Positions 23,476 to 35,562 of a stretch of 64,000 nucleotides of DNA are shown one piece after another (position 1 is the first letter of the stretch; every line of letters starts with the position of its first letter). The DNA is from Chara braunii (lineage: Eukaryota; Plantae; Charophyceae), in contig BFEA01000001.1 in the NCBI GenBank assembly GCA_003427395.1, positions 11,403,787-11,467,786 of the forward strand, written 5' to 3'. Below the pieces are notes generated by a model. That model did not search any database. It saw only the letters and a program-made list of their open reading frames with translations, and had not been told where the DNA came from. Made by a program: the position numbers and the translations under genes.

Positions 23476-26010
23476 AAATAAAATAAATCAGAAAATAAGA
23501 AAAGAAATAGGGAATAAGATCATTTTAATTTTGTAGAAAAAATAAAATTTAAATCAAAGAGAAAGACAAAAAAAAGAAAAAAAAAATTAAAGCTTCAGGG
23601 GGGGAAAATAAAAAAGTGATGAAAAAATAGATAAATAGGTGAGAAAAAGAAAAAGATTGAAGTGGGAGATGGAGAGATGATGGGGTTGTAGTTGGGGGAG
23701 GGAAGAGGGGGATGAGGGTGAGAGAATGAGAGAGAAAGGGGTGAGAAAGGTGGAGAAGAGAATAAAAGATCAGTCGAAGAGAGTGAGTAAGGAGGAGAGG
23801 GGAGAAAAATATGGTGGAAAATGAGTGAAGAGGGAGGGGTTTGAGAAAACATTGGGAAAAAGAGGAGAGAAGTAGGGAAAAGAAGAGAGAAAAGTGAGGC
23901 AGGATTAGAAGTAGTGACGGAGTTAGAAAAAATGATTAGATGATGGGGGAAGCAGAGAAAAAAAGGGTTGGGAGAGAGTAGATTAGTAAGTAGGGAGGTG
24001 ATACCAAACTCCTGGGTGACCAAAAGCAGAGAACACTACCAAAATCTATAGGATCTTGGCCTTCAAGGTGTTGTTGGCCTGTTGCCGCAATAATAAAAAA
24101 AATAACGATGATAATCTGGGGTTGGCTGAGATCTTTATCAGCCACCCTGATTGCATAGCCGCGCAGCCCCCTAGCCAGAGGGGGTCTTTACTGCTGCCAA
24201 ACTGCTGCTGCAGTAGTAAAAAAACAAAAACAAAAATCATCATTATAATCATCTGGGTGTGTTGAGATCTTGATCAACCACCCATATCCTACTGTAGTGC
24301 AGCCCCCTAGTCAGGGCGGTCTTCAAGATCTTCAGCAAGCTGCCACGTGGCATTGTAGATGGCCACGTGCGCAGTCAGCGACGACCACGACGCCGAGAGA
24401 GGAGGAATCATCATCATCATACGAGGGACGCTTGTTATAAGCGAGGATCTGTGCTTGTCAGCTTCCCGTACCCTTAAAAGAAAAATCCCACGTAAGCTTC
24501 GAAGTACGGGTTCTAGGCGATCGAGAAGAGTGGGGTTATTTTTCTTTTTTTCTTTTTCTTCCTTCTTGAAAAGAGAAGGGGGATGAAACAAAAACTTATT
24601 TTTCTTTTTCCATAATTGCCCCCGATGACTTTACGCGTGGTCGGTTCATGCCTGTGCCGAGAAATCCAAGAAACAGTTAGGAATTAGTGTGGGAGGGAAT
24701 TTTGATTTTTGCGCGCGCGACTGTTTTTTAATTTTTTGCATGCTGCGTAAACCCATTCCCTCGCTTAGCATCCCCACGCCATCTTCCCTTCTTGCCACAC
24801 ACTCCCTTCTTGCATACCTTTTCCTCTTCCCTTGAACGAAGTCTGATCCTCTCCTTACCTATCATCATGAACGACTAGTTGTGTGATTGGGATGGTTAGA
24901 TCAATGTGGTGAAAGCAGGAAGCGTGCACCACTTGAATGACCACCCCAATCACACAGAACGCTCGACTCGCATCCTTCGATATTTTTAGAACCTTGGCCC
25001 TTCTTCAGTCCTGCTTACCTACACCTTGTGCTGCCCGCACCTCACGCCGACACCCCGCCGCCTTCCTCGCTATAAATTCTCGCAGCCCCTTCCTCTCGTT
25101 TTCTTTGATCTCGACTACAATGCTGCGAGAGCTGTGTGCGAGGTCCGTGGCATCGAACAGGCTTGACGAGCCCAAGTGACGGCCAGAGTGACAACGTGGG
25201 ACGTGCTTAGCGATAGACTTGGGGTAAGACAGTCAGGGGGACTGAGCGATGGTGGAGATCGGACGCCGGCAGCGGCAGGGCCTTGTGGCTATGGTTGTCG
25301 GTGGTTCTGATGGACTGGGGGATGGGCCCAGGGCGGCTAGTCGTGTAAGGAATTTTGTATACTGAGGAAATCACTTTTATCTTCATTGCTGCTTGGTCCA
25401 AGTGTGTTGTGTGCAAGGTTTTGAAGTATGGGTATTATGTTGAATGCATGTTGTGGTATGAGAGTCTATGACTGTTGAATGTCTCACTGTCCAGGAAAGC
25501 TGGATGAGTATGTGTGTGGGCGCTTGCGGGCGCCTAGGCGGAGAGCTTCCAAGTCGTCCATAACCGTCTGCTGCGTTCCATGTGGTCGCTTTTTTCCACG
25601 CTACGGTCCCCCTAGTCAACTCATTGAGGGATCCTCCCCCCCCTCATGTGTTCCCATTCACACTTGCGTCCGTACCAGCGAGCAGTGCTCGCCCTGGTCG
25701 CTCCAATGAGCCCCATTCTCCCTGGTCTGAATCCCCTTTTGATCTCAGCTGGTCAGACTATATTCCCCTGTGGTACCACCCGAGCATCCACCTCGTTCCC
25801 ACTGAGCTTCTTTGCCACTTTCCAAAAAGAGGTGCTGGTACCCTTGACATCAGGCCCACCAGGCCCTCTGGCAAGGCTCATTTTCCGGAGGCAGGAGCAG
25901 AATGGGACCAAGGGCTAAAAACACGATTCAGACTCCTAGAAATATTGTCTACCGTGTGGGCGCGGGGAACACAGCCCTAAGGTAGCCAAATCAATGAGAC
26001 TAAGAGCTAA

Positions 26011-26055
<45 letters not shown>

Positions 26056-26965
26056 NNNNNNNNNNNNNNNNNNNNNNNNNNNNNNNNNNNNNNNNNNNNN
26101 NNNNNNNNNNNNNNNNNNNNNNNNNNNNNNNNNNNNNNNNNNNNNNNNNNNNNNNNNNNNNNNNNNNNNNNNNNNNNNNNNNNNNNNNNNNNNNNNNNNN
26201 NNNNNNNNNNNNNNNNNNNNNNNNNNNNNNNNNNNNNNNNNNNNNNNNNNNNNNNNNNNNNNNNNNNNNNNNNNNNNNNNNNNNNNNNNNNNNNNNNNNN
26301 NNNNNNNNNNNNNNNNNNNNNNNNNNNNNNNNNNNNNNNNNNNNNNNNNNNNNNNNNNNNNNNNNNNNNNNNNNNNNNNNNNNNNNNNNNNNNNNNNNNN
26401 NNNNNNNNNNNNNNNNNNNNNNNNNNNNNNNNNNNNNNNNNNNNNNNNNNNNNNNNNNNNNNNNNNNNNNNNNNNNNNNNNNNNNNNNNNNNNNNNNNNN
26501 NNNNNNNNNNNNNNNNNNNNNNNNNNNNNNNNNNNNNNNNNNNNNNNNNNNNNNNNNNNNNNNNNNNNNNNNNNNNNNNNNNNNNNNNNNNNNNNNNNNN
26601 NNNNNNNNNNNNNNNNNNNNNNNNNNNNNNNNNNNNNNNNNNNNNNNNNNNNNNNNNNNNNNNNNNNNNNNNNNNNNNNNNNNNNNNNNNNNNNNNNNNN
26701 NNNNNNNNNNNNNNNNNNNNNNNNNNNNNNNNNNNNNNNNNNNNNNNNNNNNNNNNNNNNNNNNNNNNNNNNNNNNNNNNNNNNNNNNNNNNNNNNNNNN
26801 NNNNNNNNNNNNNNNNNNNNNNNNNNNNNNNNNNNNNNNNNNNNNNNNNNNNNNNNNNNNNNNNNNNNNNNNNNNNNNNNNNNNNNNNNNNNNNNNNNNN
26901 NNNNNNNNNNNNNNNNNNNNNNNNNNNNNNNNNNNNNNNNNNNNNNNNNNNNNNNNNNNNNNNNN

Positions 26966-29560
26966 ATCTGTACTCGTCGAACGCGCATACCATGTTGGCA
27001 ATGGGTGGGCTAGAGCCCTTCCCCATTGGTATCCCTATTACTTGGCATAATAATGTTCCTTGTACTTTGAAGTTTGAAGTATGCGTGTTTGATGTCATAG
27101 TACAACAGATCCATTAGGCACTCAATTTTTAATGTTCTTCATCCGTAGGTTCCGTTTGCTTTTCCAAAAATCATGTACTTTCCTCTCTTTTGTAACACAA
27201 GTGGGTTTTTCGTTTTTCTTTCGCCGTTTTCATCATCCATTGCATGACGTTTAAGATATGTGTGTGATCGAGATTCGAAAACATATCTTTGATGTCATAT
27301 GTGGAGCAGATTATCGTAGTCATATCCCTGTATGTTTCTTTTGCTACTTGATTGCATTTCTTCAGTCTAGGTAGTAGTTGGTTCGTTCCTTTTAGTGAGA
27401 AACCAACTGTCAATGCTTGACACATGAAGTTGATAACTCTTGATAGTACCTTCGATGCTTTCCGAGATGACTCCTTATATGTCGACACAATTGGTCGGCG
27501 TCTGGTGACGTCATTGTTTTTTTGAATTGTATATGCATTTTCGTATGATCCCTGTTCATCCCATTCTGCGATCTTCTTCAGCCCACATCCATTATACGCA
27601 TTTTTTACCAACTAAGTGATTTCAGATTGCGTTTGTTGTATAATTTCGTAGTGATTCGATTCCGGGAAGAATTTTTGGGTCTTCTCGTACCATATTTTAC
27701 GGCATTCCACGAAAGTTTCTCCGGGATTTATGTACAATGGTGATAGGATACATTGTGTCAATCTTCTTTTTACTTCCCATACTTCTGATATGTGAAAAAA
27801 AATCTTCATATCATTCTTCTTTTCGATGCAAGTAGAGACATCTATTTTAATTTCTCTTTTCTTCCTTAGTGGTCGTGGTATACTTGCAATGGTAGTGATG
27901 ATTGTCCTTTTAATTTTTTCCTTTCCAATTCTTTTGTTCATATGGAGTACGTTTTTTGCATTCCACAAGAGCTGATTTTCTGTGATTTCACTTAATCTGC
28001 AGGCAATGTGGTTCTCAATTTTTGGAAGTCGGGATACTGCACAATTACAGTCCGGTGCTTGTGTAACTTGAAACACCTGTCTGTGATTGTGTAATATTTC
28101 CCCGACTGTCTTTGATTTTTTAAAGATCACACGCATCCGAGCTGTCAAATCGTTTGCCAAATTGTTATTACTTAGATTTTTCAAGATAAACTCGGTTGTT
28201 GTGTTTCTCACTTGCTTCAGATTAATGCATGCATCAAATGGAATCTTAAATATCAGCCTTCTCTTGATATTGAATGCAAACTTCTTCTTTGAAATTCGTG
28301 TGAAGATGCCTTTAATTGTTCGTCTTTGCTTCTTTCCGGTAATCGAATCCACCTTTAACAGAAGAATCAGTATATCATCTAACGATAATTTATACAGTTC
28401 TCTCCGTCTCCATGGTGCCCTCAAGCAGTTAATCAGAATATTTCTATGTTTGTTTATTTTCGGTCCCGTATGCACCAGTTGGATTACATAAAAGATACAT
28501 TCATTTTCGATTCATTTTCTTCATTTTTTTAGTTGGAACTTTGTGTTGTCAATTTCCACAATTGTTGATCCGAATGTTCGTTTAATTACTTTCAATTTTT
28601 CATTTCATAGTTTTTCAGCTGTGCAGTAAATTTTTGCTTTCGGTTGAAGTATTGATGTTAACTTCGTAGTGTAACCCGATCGAACCGATTTAAACAAAAC
28701 AGGTATATTCTGATTCACATCATTGTTTCTATTCTTCTTCCTCTTTCTCCTTCTTCGTCTTCGGTTTTTCCAAGTCTTTCTGTCTTTTCCCCTTATATTC
28801 AAGAATGGATTCAGTCTCCTAATCAGTGCTGCTTCCATCCCTATCACCTATGATCTCACTCCCTTCCAAATGGGTATCAGAACATATTTCTCCCAACCAA
28901 ATTTGTGCAGCCAACTGTATAGTTTCCGCTATGCTCCTCTATTTGGATTCTTGGCGAAGTTTATGTGTTTAGTCCATCTCTTGTCGGGATGTTTTTCTGT
29001 CCTCCCCACGTATATATGTCTACACCAAGGTGAAACTCCCTGTACTAACTAGTTGCTCAATTTTCATTGATAGCCTGTGTATCTGCTCCTACTTCTCTGT
29101 CGTGGTGAGGTCGCCTGATGCTGAGGTGTCTTCTACCTTCCCGACAGATCTTTGGCGCTCAAAGATGTGTCGGATGAGTCATACTTGTATTAAGGCTCTC
29201 GTAATCATCCTCACTTGTGTCGCCGCCAGTTGTATTGGACACCCTGATGTTATCTGGATCTGGCATGCTCTGTGTTTCAAGATCAGAATCCCGGTTGAAG
29301 TCCCGCCCCTTGTAAGCAATCAATCCAGGAACTTGCCTCAATGCCGAGATCGCTTGCGGCTTGTCCTTGTACCTAATGTCATGCATCTTGCATAAGACCT
29401 TCAGGTCCGTGTAGTGAAGACGAAGGAGCTGCATGTCCGTCATTGGTTCGACCCCGAAATTAATGCTCCGTTTTGCCTTCGACTTCGCTGCCGACACGTT
29501 GCGATTAATCTTCGTTCGTCCTCTCTTGGGGTGTGGAGGGATTACGCGTCCCACTTTCGG
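26966..29560 (-). mobile_element. Penelope-like retroelement with N-terminal GIY-YIG endonuclease (Chlamys-type): SAP-like domain, GIY-YIG, RT; pseudogenised, 3' part lost in the gap
   Basis: SAP-like LLRLHYTDLKVLCKMHDIRYKDKPQAISAL. GIY-YIG: VSPWCRHIYVGRT...KRWTKH...MEAALIRRLNPFLN (28800-29040). CxC..H motif DCNC...ENH. RT motifs RRRPIVS, YDIKDMFSNL and QVIGIPMGKGSSPPIAN. Confidence 0.9.
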
Positions 29561-30077
29561 GCTCTAATCGGGAAATAGATCTCAGTTCCTACCTGGGACT
29601 CCAAGACTCCAACCCCCTATCGTAACATCCTTGGCACACCCACATTTTCCACTTTCGGGCTCCGATGAGGAAGTCGCACTGCGCATGAGGTTGGGGGTCA
29701 CATGTATGTCAGTGCCCTCATGTATCCATGAGAGACATCGCAGGCTCAAAGATTTGAGACCACACCCTCGTACCACAATGCGCATTTGCTACCTGCGTTC
29801 CACCAACTGAGATAGATGTCATTCGCTCCATTCTGGAAGCTGGGCACTTCCGCAGACTCCCTACCGTTGGCCAAAATGTCGCATCAATGTTCTTGCAGTT
29901 GAAAGTTGACCTCGAGCAGGAGGGGGCGGAGAGACTGACGACGCTGCAACTCCAGCTCGGTCATGGATACTTTGCACCCTTGTTGTACATTTATGACCGC
30001 AAAGGGGATGACACACACTCCAGCAGCTTCCTCGCCGACACTCCAACAACACTGGCAGGCCGGCGAAACACACTAAG

Positions 30078-30205
30078 GGCCTAGTTGCACTACTCTCCAT
30101 ACGCCAAGTTTAACGAGTAGGCGCCTAGTTCCACTGCCTTGCACTACTCTCCATACGCCAAGTTTGGCGAGTAGGCGTCTGGTTGCACTTACTCGCCAAA
30201 CTTTG
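30078..30205. repeat. Short tandem duplication (~54-bp unit, TTGCACTACTCTCCATACGCCAAGTTT..CGAGTAGGCG)
   Basis: Two full copies and one partial copy are visible. Confidence 0.75.
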
Positions 30206-30339
30206 CGAATGCAAAATGTGTCAGACAACTCGCCACACCGTCGACACAAGTTGTGGAGAGTGTTTCCAATTTCCCCACCTGTGCACGGCGGTTTGTGGAG
30301 GGTGGTTCTTGGACCTCTCCACAAAACAACTTTCAGATG

Positions 30340-31388
30340 ACAGTTGTATCTAGAAGGCTGGCTAGAGTTAAAAATGGCATGACATACCAGCCAGATTGGC
30401 ATGCCTTAGGGAAAACCCTCACCTGACTCCCATTGCAAAAAGATGAGAATCTCCTTTGGCTTCAATCCTTCTTGGTAGTAGCTACATCAGTCTGGCTTAG
30501 CCAGAAAGGAATGGAGATCAGCTTGATCTGCTTTAGATGCGATCGGGAATGGGAAAACAATGCTCATTTATGGTTTTGTTGTCCACTGTCCGATGAACTG
30601 TGGATGTGGTGGATAGAGAGATGGAAAACGATAACAAATTCTTCATGGCCCTGGTCAGACGACTGGATTCTGTATGGGACTCTGCCTGTTCAGGAGGGTG
30701 GTTACTTCAGGGGTTCGGGATATGTGGCATTAGCCTGCAGGGGAATTATCCTCCAAGAGATCTGGAGGGCGAGGAATTTTCAAGTCTTCAAAAAGAAAAG
30801 GATCCTGATTCAGGAGCAACAACATCTGATCAAGGGAAATATTCGTCGAACCATTATGGCGGATTGGCAAGGCTGCTCCAGAAGCAAGAAGAAGGGTTTG
30901 CTGTGGTTCATGCAAACCTAGGCCAAGGGGAGTAGTTTAGTCTCAATTTCACCTGATCGAAAGTTATCCTTTGCCCAATGGTTAAAATTGCCTTAGGTTT
31001 GTCCCACCAAGGCAAGGGACGATGAAGAGGTAACGGTAACAGGTGTAGAGACGCCTCTGGCTCGGACAGTAAGGATTGGAGTCAATTTTGATTCTGTCGG
31101 ATATAAATGAATCGGGGATAAAGGATGGTTACTCGTTAAACTCTAAATTCAGTCCCCGCTATTGTTTTGGTTTCATGTGCTTCAAGTTTGCTTGGAGGAT
31201 TGCTAATTAGTTGGAATTAGTAACGATTATAAGTTAGATCATGGGATGTTGGACCCAGTTTCTAGCACAAGCCGAAACTGGGTAATGGCCCTAGTTGTTC
31301 CATTTTCCGAGTTGTTTGTGAGGATTCCCGACCTCTCGCTCCAACATAGTAATAAAATTTTGATTTCCTCAAAAAAAAATAAAAAAAA
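30340..31388 (+). mobile_element. 5'-truncated L1/Tx1 LINE (ORF2 C-terminus, 3'UTR and A-tail)
   Basis: zf-RVT CFRCDREWENNAHLWFCCP and EIWRARN in ORF 30433-30921; AATAAA at 31351; A-tail at 31371-31388. Confidence 0.85.
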
Positions 31389-33226
31389 TTGTGGATAGTG
31401 CACAACTTCACGAGTCGACATCAGGTAGACATTTTTTGTTAACTTTTCTGTAGAAGAAATCTAATGGCGAGTAAGTGCAACCAAACACAATTTTCATTTT
31501 TTTCACTCTCCACGCATCCTCTATAAATTGTGACGGATGGTAAGTACTACAACTAGGCCCTGAGGCGAAGGAGACACGAGGTCCTAGTCGAAGTCCTGGT
31601 TCTTGGCCCTCACGTTGGGGCGAAGGAAACATGAAGGTGCAGTTCGGCGGGACGCTCAAGATGGACACCGCCGGTGTCCAAGTAGATCGTGAGGATCCCG
31701 GCCTAAAATGTTCGGTTTGGATCGAGAGCCGACTGGTAGCGTTCCCAGCAGCGCCACGTTGCGCTTGCGCGAACACGAGGTAACGAACTAGGTTACCTAG
31801 TAACCCTAACACGACATCGGCTATGGTGAATTTCTTACACTGCGGCTCGTAGGGGAAGCACCATGACCGAATAGCCTGACGGCGACTCTCAGTTGTAAGG
31901 TGCGTTACAGACCGGGGCTATGTCCTCAAACATTAACAAACAGTCACAAAGATGATGAGGTGTTGAACAACACTCTCGTCTCATGTCATCCATACCTGCG
32001 GCAACAGGTAGCAACGTTAACTACCAACTACTAAGACGCCTCAATTAAGGGCAAAGAGAAGCTCGTCATCAACAAACCATCCTCAACCTCGCAAGATCCA
32101 AGAATCCGGAAGGTGAATTTTTGGTTTTCTGCGGGACCTGTTTGCGTCATTCCTCTCGGGGAACGCAGAGCAAAGGACAGCCGCCCATCTTGGATGTTTT
32201 GTCCTCGGGATGCTATGGTCTCATTTTTTTAGGAATTTTATGTTGCGCGATTCCGTGTATATGGCCGCAACCTTGTGCTAGGCTTTTTGAGTTTTTTTTC
32301 ATTTATGATTGAGGGAGAGGAACGCATGATGTGGAGTTAGTCTCATTCTGAGCTCGCTCCATTGCGAAGACAATCGCTTGTTTTCACACGAACATTACTA
32401 TTCTTAGACTCAATGATTTAGGTCTGATTTTTTCGCCTCTTCAGACGGAAATCTACTAATTTTAGTACAACACGAATTGCGGCAAACAGGGGGCAATTCG
32501 TCATTATTTTTTATTTTTTATTTTTTTCCTCTCCCTTACAATTTCCCCGGACTATTTCTTGGTAACTTCTTGACGGTTCTGTGAGGTCATGAACTTCTTT
32601 AACCCCGAGACCGAGAATCCGTCCCCCCTACTACATGAATCCGGTTTTGAGAATCTCATACCTTCTCAGACTTATGTTAACGGTAGGCATTACATCGCAT
32701 AACTAAGTTACCGCTACAATATACACTCTATTCCCACAACACATACTGGATAATTGATGAACTTATATTTACCACTTGAACAATTATAGACAAGTATTAT
32801 TCCCTCCACCACCACACAATTCATCACTGATCCGGATACTCACAATTAACACACTTTCTCCCTGGCCAACTAAAACGTCTGCTTTCCCCCTTCCTTTCGT
32901 CCTCCACTACGACACCTAACCCAAATGACACTTCACGCACACCCCACACACCTCTTTTCCCCAAAATGGTAGAAGCTTACATGATCAACCCCCACACCTA
33001 TTGACACTAAATATCGTTCATCTTCTGTACCAAATAACCATATAAATCTAACCGGAGGTAATAGGTAAACACACCCCCCAGGAAGTTGAGATACTCCTTC
33101 AACGAAGACTTGGGTTCCTATCGGAAAAGCAAGACCTAGTACCACATCAACTTATCTAATATTTAAATATCTCTCATATAACGAGCCCCAACCTATAGGG
33201 TTGCGCTAGTACACATTCCGGCGTTA

Positions 33227-35501
33227 TGGAACCTGAGGCTCCTGCCGCCCCGGATGCAACAGAGCAATGGAATGAACCAATCGATGTTGAGGAGGAAGCC
33301 CGCCTTTGGGTGAATTCGAATGCTTAAGGAGTGTTACTCACAAGGGTAAACACCTGACATTAGTAAATATCTTAGGGTGAATAGAGATAACGGAGTTATC
33401 TCGGCAACTCCATGCGAAGAGTACAATCGTATCCAGGTACAATGGCTAAAAGAACATACTGTTATTTTTGCCTTCGAAGGGTCAGCTAAGAACCTTTCCA
33501 CACTAGAGAAATTGTTATTGATCAGAAACCTGGAATGGGGAAAGTTGAAACTTGACCAATTGGCACTTGGGAAGGGAACCACGCACATCGAGGGAAGACA
33601 CATGATTTCATACATCGTAAGATCAACGAACATTCGAGATTTGTTGCTTCGAGGACAAAAGGACTTCATCAAATTCATATTGAACAACAAATTTCACAAA
33701 GTCCTCGTGCGTCTGTGGATGGCGAAGAATGAGTGGGCCGAATTTCAAGACAGGGAGAGGAAAGAGAATGTTAGGGTAATGGCAATTAGAGTGTCGTTTG
33801 GGACCTTTTCCAGTATTCGAATCATGATCGACATGGCAGTAGGACAGGTAGTGAAGGACTTCGATCCTATCGAAGATCCGAACGGAGCTCATCTTGTCAA
33901 TTTCAAATTCAGTCTGGATCCAGAATCTGCCAATAATATTGGCCAGGAAATACAACCTATTAAGGTGCATGTAGGCCTGGATCTATGCACGGTCCACCTA
34001 GTCAGTAATCTCACTCCATTCTGCCGACATTGCAAATGTACGACCATGAATGGAAAAATTGTGACAACAATCCTGCGAATCAACAACCACTTGTCCCGCC
34101 TACTCAACTAACTCATTCCATACAGGGAAACCCGTCTCCACTTCAGTCAGGACAATCCGATAGTCAGAGGCATCAACGCCCAACGGCCCAGTCCCTTATG
34201 GGAAACCGTTTACTGGTAGCAGTACACCAGGAGCAAGTCCGTCCACAATACCATGGAATCTAGGTGTCGGTTTCGTTCCCCACGCCGCAACAGTGCCTGC
34301 AATGTGCAACATGAATGCATCTCATAAGAACAACGTTGCTCCTAGTACTCAAACAGAAAAAAGACTCGGAGTTCCTCCAGGGGTAACCCCATCTGCCTAC
34401 CAGAAGGATTTATCCTCTCAGTCCCTAACCCAATGGGCCAACCCCCTTGTGCCAGTTCGACAACTAGGAGGCAATAGGGGAAACATGGCCAACCAAGGGA
34501 GAGGTGCACAAACCGCAGTGAGAGGTTAATCAATTCCCACCCAACCCTTTCACTTGATCCCAACGAGCAGAGGGAGAGGTATGGAGAAACTAAGCAATGG
34601 CAAAAGAACGATCAACACAACAGTCAATACACGAAACAGCGACAGATCTAATACAACAGCGAGGGGTAGTGACCTCACAATCATCACAGCGAGGGTTCAA
34701 GGCATGGGGGCCGAAACATGCGAAGGTGGTCTCAATGTCTCCTTCTCTAAATATGGAAGATCGTCAACCACAGGACAAGCACAGTTCTGAACATACGGCC
34801 CACCAAGAGACCTCGCAGAATTTTCAGCAAGGAGTTGTTAACCGCATAGTCTCATCCTTACAAAACGCAGCGATCCAACGGGGGGTATCCTTGCAAGATG
34901 GCATCGGCACGCAGTCCAGCAATCGACAGGAACACACACGAATGACCACCCGAGATGATGAGATGCGAACGGTAAACCAGAAAGACATTCAACAAGGAAC
35001 CACAATTCAGAACATAATTTGTCCCTTAATATTCAGAGACAGCCCAACTGACCCTCAATGGTTGATTGTTCCTCCTCAAACAGACCCATTTTTATCCCGG
35101 CCTGGGGGGTGGATGATGTACCAGACATGACGATAATAGAAGAGAAGGTAAGACAACTCTTAGCCGGATATTATGTAGTCCGCCAAGTGTCAGGCTATGG
35201 ACTAATTAGGAGCGGTACTCAAGTAGGAGAATTAGGACAAATCTACCTCTTTTTCACAGGTTTGTTTGCAGCCCAAATCTCCCTTGGCATAAACAGGAAA
35301 GTTGTTGACGCAGGACTGCACTGGGTTTCATCCCAGTGGTTACGCTCCACATCTACCGCTCACCTGAAACTGACAACTATTATGAACGGCATCCGAGGTA
35401 GTTACCTCTCCCTGATTCACCAGCAATTGGGTAAGACTCGCAACTTCGGTTCCAAACACTTCAAAGACCTTATCAAGGCCCTTTGGATAATGGAACAATA
35501 G
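33227..35501 (+). pseudogene. LINE ORF1 (RNA-binding protein with zinc knuckle), frameshifted
   Basis: ORF pieces 33377-34111, 34597-35130 and 35058-35501. CRHCK/MYDHEWKNC is a C-x2-C-x4-H-x4-C knuckle at ~34022-34065. Confidence 0.75.
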
Positions 35502-35562
35502 ACAACAGGGAACCAACAACACACCCAACCCATCCAGTCTAGGGGCCCAATTGGAAAGGACA

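Noticed and set aside
25936-27098. Long ORFs spanning N-gaps (also 54004-55443 and 57753-58901)
   Set aside because: Artefacts of N runs.
27171-29052. Programmed stop-codon readthrough or selenocysteine in the PLE ORF
   Set aside because: The stops are mostly TAG, explainable by C-to-T decay, and are accompanied by frameshifts.
29551-29670. Hammerhead ribozyme/pLTR at the PLE 5' end (direct repeat CCACTTTCGGGCTC at 29551 and 29649)
   Set aside because: GAAA is present on the minus strand but there is no correctly placed CUGANGA. The repeat is too short to call a pLTR.
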